Below, in pieces: positions 29,077 through 38,920 of a stretch of DNA of 53,942 bases. This DNA is from an uncultured Candidatus Poseidoniales archaeon (GTDB taxonomy: Archaea; Thermoplasmatota; Poseidoniia; Poseidoniales; Thalassarchaeaceae). The position numbers were made by a program, and so were the translations under genes. The notes beneath the pieces are model-generated. The model ran no database searches and had not been told where the DNA came from. It saw only the letters and a program-made list of their open reading frames with translations. Location: contig CACGIE010000006.1 of the NCBI GenBank assembly GCA_902573015.1, positions 1 to 53,942 on the forward strand, given 5' to 3'. Within the stretch, counting starts at the first letter, position 1. Each line of letters begins with the position of its first letter.

Positions 29077-30432
29077 TCAGTTGTCTTCCTCCTCGTCCGT
29101 CGAACCTGCTGGACCCCATTCTGCATCTGGGGATCCTCCAGACCACTCTCCAAATACTGCGATGTCCTCGACATCATCGTCTTCCCTCCATGGAGGCTCT
29201 CCATCTGAACCACTGATTATCAGGCAACCCTCATCATCGAGCCTCCTCTTCAGAGTAGATACTCCTCGCTTGACTGGCAATAGATGGCCAATTGGAGAGC
29301 CTGAGTTCACGAACGGATGTGTTGCTGAGCTGATTAGGAGTCCTCGTATGGGAGACTGGACGTCATGCTGAACACCTGGAAGCTCTGGATCGGTAATAGT
29401 CGCAACGATCTCCCCTTCCTCGACGAAGCTTCCAGCGGGTGCCAAGACGTCCAGTAGGCCCCCTTGATCGGAACGAATCCAGACCGATCCCGATGCAAGA
29501 ATCCTGAACCTCGGTTTGCTAGGATAACCTGGAAGCATTCTGAGACTCCTTAGAAGATTGATTATCCCATACATGGAAATCTGAACTGACTCCGGATCTG
29601 CCTCGTCCGAACCCCCTCCTTCGTAAGTGATGCAGGCTATTCCCTCCTGATTGGCAACTCTCCTTAGGGACCCTCTTGGCCCCTCGCTATCTAGAATAGT
29701 CTCTATTCCAAAGGACCTTGCAATTCGATTGCTGCTTGCATGCGCTAGATTTGCTCTGATCTGGGGGATGTTTGTCCTTCCCTTTGCTGCGGAATGGAGA
29801 TCAACCACATAATCACTGCTTTTGATGACATTGCTCCATAGTTTGTAGGCTACTCTTGAGGTGGTATTACTGTCGGACTTTCCTGGAAAGCACCTGTTCA
29901 GATCCCTCCCATCCGGGAAGTCTCGAATCATCCTCCGATATCCGGGAAGGTTGACTATGGGTACGATTCGGATTGTTCCAGCCAATACACCAGCGTCTAT
30001 GACTCGGTCTTCTCCCATGAAGTTGGGTCCGCATAGGTAAGTTAGAGCCAGTGGCCCTACAAGTTCGTCTCCATGTATTGCACCTAGAAGAGTTACTACA
30101 GGACCAGGCCTTGAGCCGTGAATGATGCTTATGGGGACTGGCCAAGATTCTCCGATTTCAACATCTAGGAGTTCGTACTCCATGTGTCTAATTGTTCCTG
30201 GTTTTATCCTCTTTCTCATGAATACATGATTCTTCGTTCCTTCCTTTCGAGACCATTTAGAAGGGCTCTCCCCCACTTCTCCCAGAGCCTTCTCTATCTC
30301 CTTTCTTCGCTTCATGGGAATCTGATTAGCTATCTTGATTGGAGCGAATCTTCGCTTCTTAGCGCGGGGAGGGAGTTTGGATTCCTCTGCATCTGCGGCT
30401 GGAATCGAATTGGCCTGTTCGTCTTCTGGCAC
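29077..30432 (-). CDS. Succinylglutamate desuccinylase/aspartoacylase family (M14-like) protein
   Basis: GAIHGDE, DLNRCFPG, DLHS, YEGG; probable GTG start 30432 with TATTAATT 22-29 nt upstream. Confidence 0.9.
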   Translation of the reverse strand: MPEDEQANSIPAADAEESKLPPRAKKRRFAPIKIANQIPMKRRKEIEKALGEVGESPSKWSRKEGTKNHVFMRKRIKPGTIRHMEYELLDVEIGESWPVPISIIHGSRPGPVVTLLGAIHGDELVGPLALTYLCGPNFMGEDRVIDAGVLAGTIRIVPIVNLPGYRRMIRDFPDGRDLNRCFPGKSDSNTTSRVAYKLWSNVIKSSDYVVDLHSAAKGRTNIPQIRANLAHASSNRIARSFGIETILDSEGPRGSLRRVANQEGIACITYEGGGSDEADPESVQISMYGIINLLRSLRMLPGYPSKPRFRILASGSVWIRSDQGGLLDVLAPAGSFVEEGEIVATITDPELPGVQHDVQSPIRGLLISSATHPFVNSGSPIGHLLPVKRGVSTLKRRLDDEGCLIISGSDGEPPWREDDDVEDIAVFGEWSGGSPDAEWGPAGSTDEEEDN

Positions 30433-30517
30433 TGTTGGCCCGAGGGATTGGCAAATTAATACAATGCGGAGTGAAGTTTTGGGAAAATTCAATTCAGAAT
30501 GACCCCTAACCACGGTC

Positions 30518-30994
30518 ATGGGCGAGCGAGAGGGGCTTTCCGTTCAGGAGATTCATGCCCCGACGAGTATTTGCTTTGGTTGCGGTCCCTCTAACGAGGA
30601 TGGGCTGAGAATCAGATCATTCAGGTCAGAAGATGGCCTAGAAATGGAATTTACTCCTGACGAGAGTCATCAGGCATTCCCTGGCATGATTAATGGAGGG
30701 ATTATCGGGACACTTCTTGACTGCCATGGAAACTGGACTGCGGCGATTGCACTAATGGACAAGGCAGGAGATACCGAGCCTCCATGCACTGTAACTGCAT
30801 CATACAGTATCAAACTGAGGCGTCCGACCCCACTGGGAAGTACTCTAATCGTCAAAGGAGAAGTAACTGAGATTGGAGATGACAGGGCCAACGTGAAGAT
30901 GTCCCTCTCTGCAGATGGAGAAGTGTGCGCAACTGGAGAAGGGCTATTCATTGCAGTAAAGGAGGGTCATCCGGCCTTTCATAGATGGAGTTAA
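30518..30994 (+). CDS. PaaI family hotdog-fold thioesterase
   Basis: CFGCGPSNEDGL, HQAFPGMINGGIIGTLLD. Confidence 0.88.
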   Translation: MGEREGLSVQEIHAPTSICFGCGPSNEDGLRIRSFRSEDGLEMEFTPDESHQAFPGMINGGIIGTLLDCHGNWTAAIALMDKAGDTEPPCTVTASYSIKLRRPTPLGSTLIVKGEVTEIGDDRANVKMSLSADGEVCATGEGLFIAVKEGHPAFHRWS

Positions 30995-31038
30995 TATTCA
31001 CTCGGCATCCTTTAGAACGGCCGAATTAGAGTTCCCCC

Positions 31039-33594
31039 ATGGACGACGGGGATGAGGCATCTATCTCAAGTTTAGAAGAATTCGAATTCGATGTTCGTCT
31101 GAAGAAAATGCTTCAGGAGAAATGGGGAATAAATAGTTTATTTCCCCCACAAGCGGAAGCACTTCCAAACTCCCTCAAGGGTAGGAATCTGATGCTCGCG
31201 GTACCTACTGCAAGTGGAAAATCCCTAGTTGCTCATATCACACTGGCAAACAGGCTGATTGGAGATTTGAGTGGACAAAGAGGAATTTACATCGTTCCTC
31301 TAAAGGCTCTAGCATCGGAGAAATATGAGGAATTGAAGCAGGTGTGCTCGAGCGTTGGACTGAAAGTTGGTCTGGCTATCGGGGACAGGAGTAGTGAAAC
31401 CAGCCTAGTGGAAAATTCAGACGTACTAGTTTGTACTAGCGAGAAACTAGACTCGATGCTGCGATCTAAGCCCTCGCTACTGGATGACATTGGGATAGTT
31501 GTGGCAGATGAGTTTCACCTTATGCAAGATCCTTCCAGAGGTCCTACTCTGGAGATTCTACTGTCCAGAATAAGACATAGCTCATCGAGAGTACAGATCT
31601 TGGCTCTTTCTGCCACAGTAGGAAATGCACAGGAGCTGTCCGAATGGCTGGAGGCAGATTTAGTAACCTCTAACTGGAGACCAATTGCCCTCTACTCAGG
31701 TACACTGACAGGATTGGACATGAAGTATCACTCAGTAGAGAGCCCGGGAACGGATTTCATTTTACCAGAGCCTAAGCGTCTCGAAGGAGGTGTTCAGAAG
31801 AACCTCCATTCTGTGATGGACGACACTATTGGGATGGGGAAGCAGATGCTAGTTTTCGTTTCTTCGAGATCATCTGCACAGAAAGAGGCCAGAGAGCTCT
31901 CAAGTCACTTGAAGACTAGACTAGAAAATGGAGATCTTGGTTTCACTGAGTCAGTGGTTGAATCTTGGACCTCTATGTCACAGGAATTGTGGAGAGGAGA
32001 GGATGGTTCGGCCACTGTGAAGGCTCTTTCGAATTCAGTTAGAGGAGGAGTAGGTTTCCACCATGCTGGTTTGACCTCCTCCCAGAGAAAGGTGATAGAG
32101 AATGGATTCAGGAATGGAAACCTCCAGTGTATAGTCGCGACTCCAACTCTAGCACAAGGAGTAAACTTACCAGCGAGTCGGGTTGTTGTCAGAGATACCA
32201 GAAGATGGAGCACAATTGCATCGAGGAGTATGCCCCTGCCAGTAATGGAGGTGAGGCAGATGATGGGAAGAGCAGGAAGGCCTGGTTTTGATGACTTTGG
32301 AGAGTCTTTCCTAGTTTCTAAAAACATTCAGGATGAGTCGAATCTAGTAGAGCTATACCTAAGAGGAGAATCAGAACAAGTGACATCTAAGCTGGCAAAT
32401 CCGAGCGCGCAACATGCCGAACAGGATGGCGCTCTACTAGCTCACATTCTGTCAATAGTTGCAACTGCTGGAATAAATGACAGAGATGGAATATCGCGGT
32501 TCCTATCGAAGACTTTCCTAGCTAGCCAGATGCCTGCAGAGACCTTGGAAGCCAGAACTGATGACGTTCTCCATTGGCTTTGCGAGAACTCAATGATTGA
32601 AAGGACTGGAGAGTCTCAGGAAGTCAAGAGGGCAATTAAAGGAAGAGTTTCAGAGTCTAGTGGAGAAGAAATGTGGGAAGATGAGATGCCATCTTGGGCA
32701 AATTCTGCTACCTCAATTCCAGGATTGGATCTTTTCAAGAAAGAAGAGGGGCGAAAACCGGTTCTATCTCCTAGAACCGGCCCAGCAATATTTGGATTCA
32801 CGAAGGCTAGTGCCTACCAGGTTTCAGAGGGCTTGGTACCGGAACCAGCAGCTATGACATACTCTCCCACTTCTCTGGGCTCAAGAGTTTCGAGACTCTA
32901 CCTTAATCCAATTTCAGGGAAGATAATCCATGATGGTCTGAATAGGGCAATGGAAATTGTCTCGGGTCAAGATAAGATTGGACAGGTGTCCCCTCTAACT
33001 CTCCTCCATCTGGCTTCTTGCACTCCTGACTTCCTTCCTCTGTGGCCAAGGAAGAGTGATTATGATACAATACTAGGGGTCCTGCATGGGCATGAAAGAG
33101 AGTTGTTGGGAGAATCTATGGATCTTGAACAGGAACGAAGAATGAAGGGTGCCTTAGTGGTTCAATCATGGATGGAGGAAGCCTCCTTGGATAGTATCGA
33201 AGAGGAGTGGGGGGTTCAACCCGGAGATCTCAGGAGCAGAGTCGAGTTAATGGAATGGCTGCTATTCGCGATGCGAAGAATTCTTTCAGAAGACCAAAAC
33301 CTAGCGAATATCGAACGTGATGCCCACAAGACTCTGTACGATTCAATAGACGAGGTACATAGGAGAGTTAGGTACGGATGCAAGGCTGACATCCTAGGAC
33401 TTGTCTTAATCAAAGGAATAGGCAGAGTTAGAGCTAGAGAGATGGCTGAAACTCTAGGAGTTTCGACCGCTTTAGACGTTTCAGAAATCACTGAAAGGGA
33501 TAAGGCAAGACTCTCTGACCTTAGGGGATGGAGCCCTAAGCTCGTTGACAATCTGGTTAGATCGGCCGGGAAGTCAGTGAGAAGGTCGCGCTAA
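31039..33594 (+). CDS. hel308: Ski2-like DNA helicase Hel308
   Basis: Q motif LFPPQ, PTASGKS, PLKALASEK, DEFH, LSAT, HHAGL, TPTLAQGVNLPA, QMMGRAGRP, RVRYG...GIGRVRAR; adjacent to cgi121. Confidence 0.93.
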   Translation: MDDGDEASISSLEEFEFDVRLKKMLQEKWGINSLFPPQAEALPNSLKGRNLMLAVPTASGKSLVAHITLANRLIGDLSGQRGIYIVPLKALASEKYEELKQVCSSVGLKVGLAIGDRSSETSLVENSDVLVCTSEKLDSMLRSKPSLLDDIGIVVADEFHLMQDPSRGPTLEILLSRIRHSSSRVQILALSATVGNAQELSEWLEADLVTSNWRPIALYSGTLTGLDMKYHSVESPGTDFILPEPKRLEGGVQKNLHSVMDDTIGMGKQMLVFVSSRSSAQKEARELSSHLKTRLENGDLGFTESVVESWTSMSQELWRGEDGSATVKALSNSVRGGVGFHHAGLTSSQRKVIENGFRNGNLQCIVATPTLAQGVNLPASRVVVRDTRRWSTIASRSMPLPVMEVRQMMGRAGRPGFDDFGESFLVSKNIQDESNLVELYLRGESEQVTSKLANPSAQHAEQDGALLAHILSIVATAGINDRDGISRFLSKTFLASQMPAETLEARTDDVLHWLCENSMIERTGESQEVKRAIKGRVSESSGEEMWEDEMPSWANSATSIPGLDLFKKEEGRKPVLSPRTGPAIFGFTKASAYQVSEGLVPEPAAMTYSPTSLGSRVSRLYLNPISGKIIHDGLNRAMEIVSGQDKIGQVSPLTLLHLASCTPDFLPLWPRKSDYDTILGVLHGHERELLGESMDLEQERRMKGALVVQSWMEEASLDSIEEEWGVQPGDLRSRVELMEWLLFAMRRILSEDQNLANIERDAHKTLYDSIDEVHRRVRYGCKADILGLVLIKGIGRVRAREMAETLGVSTALDVSEITERDKARLSDLRGWSPKLVDNLVRSAGKSVRRSR

Positions 33595-33626
33595 TCAAAT
33601 TCTTCTAGGGGACCCCATCCGAGCAT

Positions 33627-34196
33627 ATGGACTCGGAGCATCCAGTTCCCTGGTTCCCGGCATGGGGGGTTAGGTTTCCTGAACCGATTAGCAACGTGTT
33701 CTCTATCGTCTCAATCATCAATGAATTCAGACCGAGCAACAGATGGATGCTACTGGCATCCGAGGCCGCTGCGAGCGAGATGCACCTTTGGACTGCATGG
33801 TACGCACTTAGAAGAAACGAGATTTCTGGAGAAATGGTAGCCAAAACTGCAGACACTGAGTTTCTAAGACTAATCTCGGGAACTCGACAGATAAACAAGG
33901 CATTTGAGAGGTCTGGAATCTCAGTGGGTGACGAAAAGGCTTGGATAGTCATGCTACCAGATTCAGAACTAGGAGTTGGTTTCGGCGAGTTTTCGATTCC
34001 ATTGGAAACGTTCAATGATTCGAATGAAGATGCTATCAGGCTCATAGAGCATCTTAGAGGGTCATTAGTCCCTGAAAGGCCCATTCCTACGATTGAGGGA
34101 CTCATGAGAATTGGGAGTGAATATCGAATAGACTCGAAGATTTCGGATATTGAAGATGCGTTTCTTACACATTTATCCCTTTCAAGCCTCAGGTAA
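33627..34196 (+). CDS. cgi121: KEOPS complex subunit Cgi121
   Basis: HL..A..A...MVAKT..TEFLRLISGTRQINKAF...GI; usual position after hel308 in Euryarchaeota. Confidence 0.8.
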   Translation: MDSEHPVPWFPAWGVRFPEPISNVFSIVSIINEFRPSNRWMLLASEAAASEMHLWTAWYALRRNEISGEMVAKTADTEFLRLISGTRQINKAFERSGISVGDEKAWIVMLPDSELGVGFGEFSIPLETFNDSNEDAIRLIEHLRGSLVPERPIPTIEGLMRIGSEYRIDSKISDIEDAFLTHLSLSSLR

Positions 34197-34250
34197 GTGA
34201 TTTCTCATCAGTCATGTTGATAGACGGGTGTCCTGACAGCAATCCATAAC

Positions 34251-34496
34251 ATGCCAAAGTTCTACGGATTCGGTTCATGCATAGTTTGTAGCATTGCGTG
34301 TACATCTGGAAACTTCCTGATACACGATGGCAAGAGATACTGTACTGCGTGCTGGATAGAGAAGAACAACCCCGATCATCCGAACAAGGAAGAGGTAATG
34401 GAGAAGGTTCAGGCAACTGTGAAAGAGTGGAAGTGCGCAAAGTGGACTAGAGAAGAGGGCCCTTTGCCTCTGGGCCCTATGTCGGTAAAGAAGTGA
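34251..34496 (+). CDS. Small zinc-finger-like protein (81 aa)
   Basis: CIVC...YCTAC; fills the gap exactly and ends 8 nt before the next gene. Confidence 0.7.
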   Translation: MPKFYGFGSCIVCSIACTSGNFLIHDGKRYCTACWIEKNNPDHPNKEEVMEKVQATVKEWKCAKWTREEGPLPLGPMSVKK

Positions 34497-34504
34497 GGGC
34501 TTAG

Positions 34505-36214
34505 ATGGGGAATGACTTCGTTCCAGATGACTTAGATGCATCGAACTGGGAAAACCTAGAGCCCTTGACTAGGGACCTCTTGGATAGGAAATTAAGTTGT
34601 TCAGGATGCTTAGAAAATCTAATTTCAGACTCATCCAAACTAGCAGAACATGTTTCTGAGACCGGAGCACTGTTGTACATTGGGATGACATGTGACACTG
34701 AGAGCGAGGAGAAGAAAGGTAGTTTCCTAGAGTTTGTTAGCAATGTAAGGCCCAAGCTGTCTGAGTTCTCGGATTCTCTGAATAGAAGGATTGTGAATCA
34801 TCCATCCGTTGATGACCTCCCTGAAAGATACGGCCTGATGCTTAGAGGGATGAGGAATGATATAGAGATATTCCGAAAAGAGAACATCCCTCTTGGTGTC
34901 AGGCAGACTGAGCTAGTAACAGAGGCTCAGTCAATAAACGGTGCTATGACAGTTGATTTCCATGGAGAAGAGATGACCTTCCCCCAGATGAGCAAATTCC
35001 TCGAATCAAACGATAGATCGGAGCGTCAGGCTGCTTGGACCGCTATGGCAGGGAGAAGGATGGAGGATAACGAGAGGCTATCGGAAATCTTCGATGAGTT
35101 GATTTCGATAAGACACCAGATCGCTCTCAACGCAGGGTTCGAAAGTTACACGCAATACATGTTCAGAGCGATGCATAGGTTCGACTATACCATTGAAGAC
35201 TGTCTAGAATTTCATGACTCGGTAGAATCTGTATGTATCCCAATACTCAATGAGATTAACATGAACAGGAAAACGGGTCTTGGAATCAGCGAATTGAGAC
35301 CGTGGGATGTTAATGAAAAGGGAGGCTCTGGCCCCGATATACACGGCAAAGATCCCCTAAGGCCATTCCATTCGGTTGAAGAAATGGTAGAGAAACTGTC
35401 AGAGATGTTCAATGAAATCTCAGAAGACCTAGGTGGAAAATTCGACAGACTCGTAGAAATGGATACCCTTGATCTGGATACCAGAAAGGGCAAGGCCCCA
35501 GGTGGTTACCAATACTACTTGGAGAAGAGCAGGGTACCTTTCATTTTCATGAATGCGGCTGGTTTGCAAGGTGACTTGGAGACAATGATCCATGAAGCAG
35601 GCCATGCCTTCCACTCACTGTACTGTGGCGATCTGGAGCTGATTGACGAGAGAGACTATCCTATCGAGTTCGCTGAGGTCGCATCTATGTCAATGGAATT
35701 ACTAACACAACCATGGTGGGATAAATTCTACGAGGATGAAGAAGACTCCGCAAGGGCGAGGAGGACGCATCTAGAAGGAGTGGTTTTCTTGCTTCCTTGG
35801 ATAGCCACAATAGACTCTTTCCAGCATTGGATTTACGCTAATCCGGGTCATTCCAGGGAGGAAAGAGCAGAGGTGTGGCTCTCAATAAGAGACAAATTCG
35901 GGTCTGACATGAACTGGACTGGTCATACAGATTTCAGAGAGGTTTCTTGGCAGCAGCAGGGCCATCTTTTCGGCGTACCTTTCTATTACATTGAATACGG
36001 AATAGCGCAACTAGGATCACTGCAGCTATGGAAGACACAAATGGGAGATCCGCAAAAGGCATTGGATGACTACGCGAATGCGATGTCACTCGGGAACACA
36101 AAGACTCTTCCGGAACTCTTTGAAGCGGCGGATCTGAAACTAGGATTCGACGAGGGACACTTCCTCTCCCTACTCGGGATGGTCGAGTTGGAGCTATCGG
36201 AATTATCTGCTTAG
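34505..36214 (+). CDS. M3 family oligoendopeptidase
   Basis: GKAPGGY, HEAGHAFH, EFAEVASMSMEL, HLFGVPFYYIEY. Confidence 0.94.
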   Translation: MGNDFVPDDLDASNWENLEPLTRDLLDRKLSCSGCLENLISDSSKLAEHVSETGALLYIGMTCDTESEEKKGSFLEFVSNVRPKLSEFSDSLNRRIVNHPSVDDLPERYGLMLRGMRNDIEIFRKENIPLGVRQTELVTEAQSINGAMTVDFHGEEMTFPQMSKFLESNDRSERQAAWTAMAGRRMEDNERLSEIFDELISIRHQIALNAGFESYTQYMFRAMHRFDYTIEDCLEFHDSVESVCIPILNEINMNRKTGLGISELRPWDVNEKGGSGPDIHGKDPLRPFHSVEEMVEKLSEMFNEISEDLGGKFDRLVEMDTLDLDTRKGKAPGGYQYYLEKSRVPFIFMNAAGLQGDLETMIHEAGHAFHSLYCGDLELIDERDYPIEFAEVASMSMELLTQPWWDKFYEDEEDSARARRTHLEGVVFLLPWIATIDSFQHWIYANPGHSREERAEVWLSIRDKFGSDMNWTGHTDFREVSWQQQGHLFGVPFYYIEYGIAQLGSLQLWKTQMGDPQKALDDYANAMSLGNTKTLPELFEAADLKLGFDEGHFLSLLGMVELELSELSA

Positions 36215-36238
36215 TCTTCGGACTCCGAGGCCTGCGCG

Positions 36239-37240
36239 CTAGTCACGCAGACCCTCGGATGTCACGGTAAAGACTGCCTCACCCTCGGGTAGATTAGGAC
36301 TGTCAATCAGGCGAGCAATTCTACGGCCCCCCTTTGACTTCCTCAGGTAAAGACGGAATGTGCTGGCGTGTCCGACGATATGCCCTCCTACTGCTCTGGT
36401 GGGATCTCCCCACATCGCATCTGGTTTCGCCTGAACCTGGTTTGTCACCAAAACGATCGCATTCTGAACATCTGCGACCTGCTTGAGTTCCTTCATGTGT
36501 CGGTTGAGCTTCTGCTGTCTGGGAGCTAACATCCCTCTGCCGACGTACTCAGCTCTGAAGTGACTTGTCAGAGAATCGACAATGATCACTTTCACATCAA
36601 TACTCTTTGCCATCCTCTTGATCTCATCGACAAGTAACATCTGGTGAGCAGAATTGTAAGCCCTGGCTACGTGTATCCTATCCAGTGCATCTTGAGGATC
36701 CATGTCCACACCTTCTGCCATCTGGGCTATTCTCTCCGGTCTGAAAGTGTCTTCAGTGTCAATGTAAACCACCTCTCCATCTAGTCCCCCCTGCTCTAAA
36801 GAAAGAATGCAGTTCACCGCTAACTGATGCCCAATTTGCGTCTTTCCACTGCCGAATTCTCCGAATACCTCTACTATTGCCTGAGTCTCGAAACCTCCAC
36901 CTAGTAGTTCATCCAGAGATGAGGCTCCGGAGGTCAACTTCTGAACTCTCTTCCTCTTCTCGAGAAGTGCCACTCCACTAACGAAACCTCCAATATTCGC
37001 TAGCTTCTTTGCTCCTGCGATAATCTTGGCGGCTACTGCCTCTCCCAGTTCTGCTTGGTCTGATAGTTCAGATGGACTCATCACAGCTATCCCAAGAAGT
37101 TCCTCGAAACCTGCTTCTCGGAGCTTCTCCGCAGTTGCAGGACCCACGCCTGGGAGATCCTCGATAGTGGGCTCTGCATCGTCCACATCGATCACAATTT
37201 CTTCTTCTTCCATTTTCTCACTCGCTGTTTCTTCGCTCAT
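36239..37240 (-). CDS. radA: DNA repair and recombination protein RadA
   Basis: HhH ([13 protein letters not shown]), [46 protein letters not shown]; no intein. Confidence 0.97.
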   Translation of the reverse strand: MSEETASEKMEEEEIVIDVDDAEPTIEDLPGVGPATAEKLREAGFEELLGIAVMSPSELSDQAELGEAVAAKIIAGAKKLANIGGFVSGVALLEKRKRVQKLTSGASSLDELLGGGFETQAIVEVFGEFGSGKTQIGHQLAVNCILSLEQGGLDGEVVYIDTEDTFRPERIAQMAEGVDMDPQDALDRIHVARAYNSAHQMLLVDEIKRMAKSIDVKVIIVDSLTSHFRAEYVGRGMLAPRQQKLNRHMKELKQVADVQNAIVLVTNQVQAKPDAMWGDPTRAVGGHIVGHASTFRLYLRKSKGGRRIARLIDSPNLPEGEAVFTVTSEGLRD

Positions 37241-37275
37241 CTGTTCACCAATACTTCTCTGTCGTTAATCGGGGG

Positions 37276-37283
37276 TATATGAA
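37276..37283 (-). promoter_or_regulatory. Putative TATA box of radA (TTCATATA)
   Basis: AT-rich octamer about 40 nt upstream of the ATG; GGTGA RBS at 37245-37249. Confidence 0.55.
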
Positions 37284-37372
37284 CAAATGAAGGACCCCTG
37301 GTCGCTCTATGAAAGTAGTCATTCTTTGAGAATCATTGCAGTACAGCGATTTTTCACTTTCACTTTATTTTC

Positions 37373-37450
37373 TGGTAGCGGGTGATGGATTTGAACCATC
37401 GGTCTCCGGGTTATGAGCCCGACGAGATAACCTGACTACTCCAACCCGCT
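37373..37450 (-). tRNA. Initiator tRNA-Met(CAT)
   Basis: AGCGGGT/ACCCGCT acceptor with A1-U72, GGG/CCC at the base of the anticodon stem, CTCATAA loop, encoded CCA. Confidence 0.95.
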
Positions 37451-37558
37451 ACCTCCGCGCTGGGGCCTCGATTATTTGAAGCGAGCGGGGGATAAAAAAT
37501 GAGTCAGCGATGGCAACAGTATTGTGATGTCAGCATTCCGACAACATAGGAACTCACC

Positions 37559-38911
37559 ATGGATGGTCATTTGCTAATTCAGAATGCGACCCTGATTTTG
37601 CCGAATAGGGTTGTCGAGGGAGACTTGCGTGTTTCTGGCGGCTCTATCTCGACCATAGCACCCGGAGGGGGTTTGGATGCTGGAAGTAATGAGGTAGTGA
37701 TCGATGCAACGGGCTTACACTTGCTTCCAGGAGCAATCGATCCTCATGTTCACTTCAGGGAGCCTGGAAGTACCGAAAAGGAAGATTTAGAGAGCGGAAG
37801 TAGAGCTGCTGCTGCCGGAGGAGTAACCTCATTCCTTGACATGCCAAACAACAATCCCAATGCTACAAATCGCTCTACTTTGGAACGAAAAATTGCTATC
37901 GCTTCAAAGAAGTCTGTTACACATCATGGGTTCTTCATAGGTGCTACAAACGACAATATTGCAGATTTGCAAAGCGTGGAAGGAATGGATGGTGTTTGTG
38001 GAATCAAGATTTTCATGGGCAGCAGTACTGGAGACCTACTCGTTCATGAGCAAAAGCAACTGGAGAATATCTTCGCCAACACAGGGGGGATAATCGCGAC
38101 CCATGCGGAAGATGAGGAACGCTTGCAGCAGCGCACTGCAGAGTTCGAACACCGAACTGACATTGCTTCTCATGCAGAGTGCAGAGATGTTGAATGCGCT
38201 TTCCTAGCCACGAAAAGAGCGGCTTCACTAGCCAAGGATCACGATCATCGTCTCCACATCGTCCATCTGACAAGCCAGAAGGAAGCAGACTGGTTGCAGA
38301 AAAATAAAGGCGATCTCATCACTACCGAGGTGTGCACCCAGCACCTGACCTTCGATCAGGATGATGTTGAGAGTCTAGGAGAGAGGGTTCTGATGAATCC
38401 GCCAATTCGTTATACGGAGGATCGAGACTCTCTTTGGAGGAGTCTGAAGGATGGCACCATAGATTGTGTGGCCACCGACCATGCCCCTCACACGCTGGAG
38501 TCTAAATCTGTGGGTTTCCCTAACGCACCGGCTGGAATGCCAGGTGTCGAGACATCGTTACCGCTAATGCTGACTCACGCATTGGATGGCAAATGTAGCG
38601 TCTCAGAAGTAGTTAGCTGGATGTGCGAGGGACCTGCCAAGGTATACGGCATTCAGAACAAGGGCTCCTTAATCGAGGGATATGATGCTGACTTGACTTT
38701 GGTGGACTTGGAAACTAAGAGAACCATAACCGATGCGGATACATGGACGAGGGTTGGATGGACTCCATACGATGGTATGGAGCTCACAGGATGGCCAAGA
38801 TACACGATAGTGGATGGCGAGATAGTCCACAAAAGAGAGGAAAAAGGGGCACTACGTGGATTGCCGGTTGCACTACCAGGCTCAGTGGGTAGAGCACTAA
38901 GGTTCGGTTAG
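37559..38911 (+). CDS. pyrC: Dihydroorotase
   Basis: IDPHVHFREPG, DMPN, IKIFMGSS, HAED, HIVHLT, NPPIR, TDHAPH. Confidence 0.9.
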   Translation: MDGHLLIQNATLILPNRVVEGDLRVSGGSISTIAPGGGLDAGSNEVVIDATGLHLLPGAIDPHVHFREPGSTEKEDLESGSRAAAAGGVTSFLDMPNNNPNATNRSTLERKIAIASKKSVTHHGFFIGATNDNIADLQSVEGMDGVCGIKIFMGSSTGDLLVHEQKQLENIFANTGGIIATHAEDEERLQQRTAEFEHRTDIASHAECRDVECAFLATKRAASLAKDHDHRLHIVHLTSQKEADWLQKNKGDLITTEVCTQHLTFDQDDVESLGERVLMNPPIRYTEDRDSLWRSLKDGTIDCVATDHAPHTLESKSVGFPNAPAGMPGVETSLPLMLTHALDGKCSVSEVVSWMCEGPAKVYGIQNKGSLIEGYDADLTLVDLETKRTITDADTWTRVGWTPYDGMELTGWPRYTIVDGEIVHKREEKGALRGLPVALPGSVGRALRFG

Positions 38912-38920
38912 TGGCTCTAG

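Noticed and set aside
33605-34105. 166-aa minus-strand ORF
   Set aside because: Antisense to cgi121, Ser-rich, with no recognisable motif
36239-37240. Intein in RadA, or an unusual FVSG polymerisation motif
   Set aside because: The length is normal at 333 aa, and FxxG variants are known in euryarchaeal RadA
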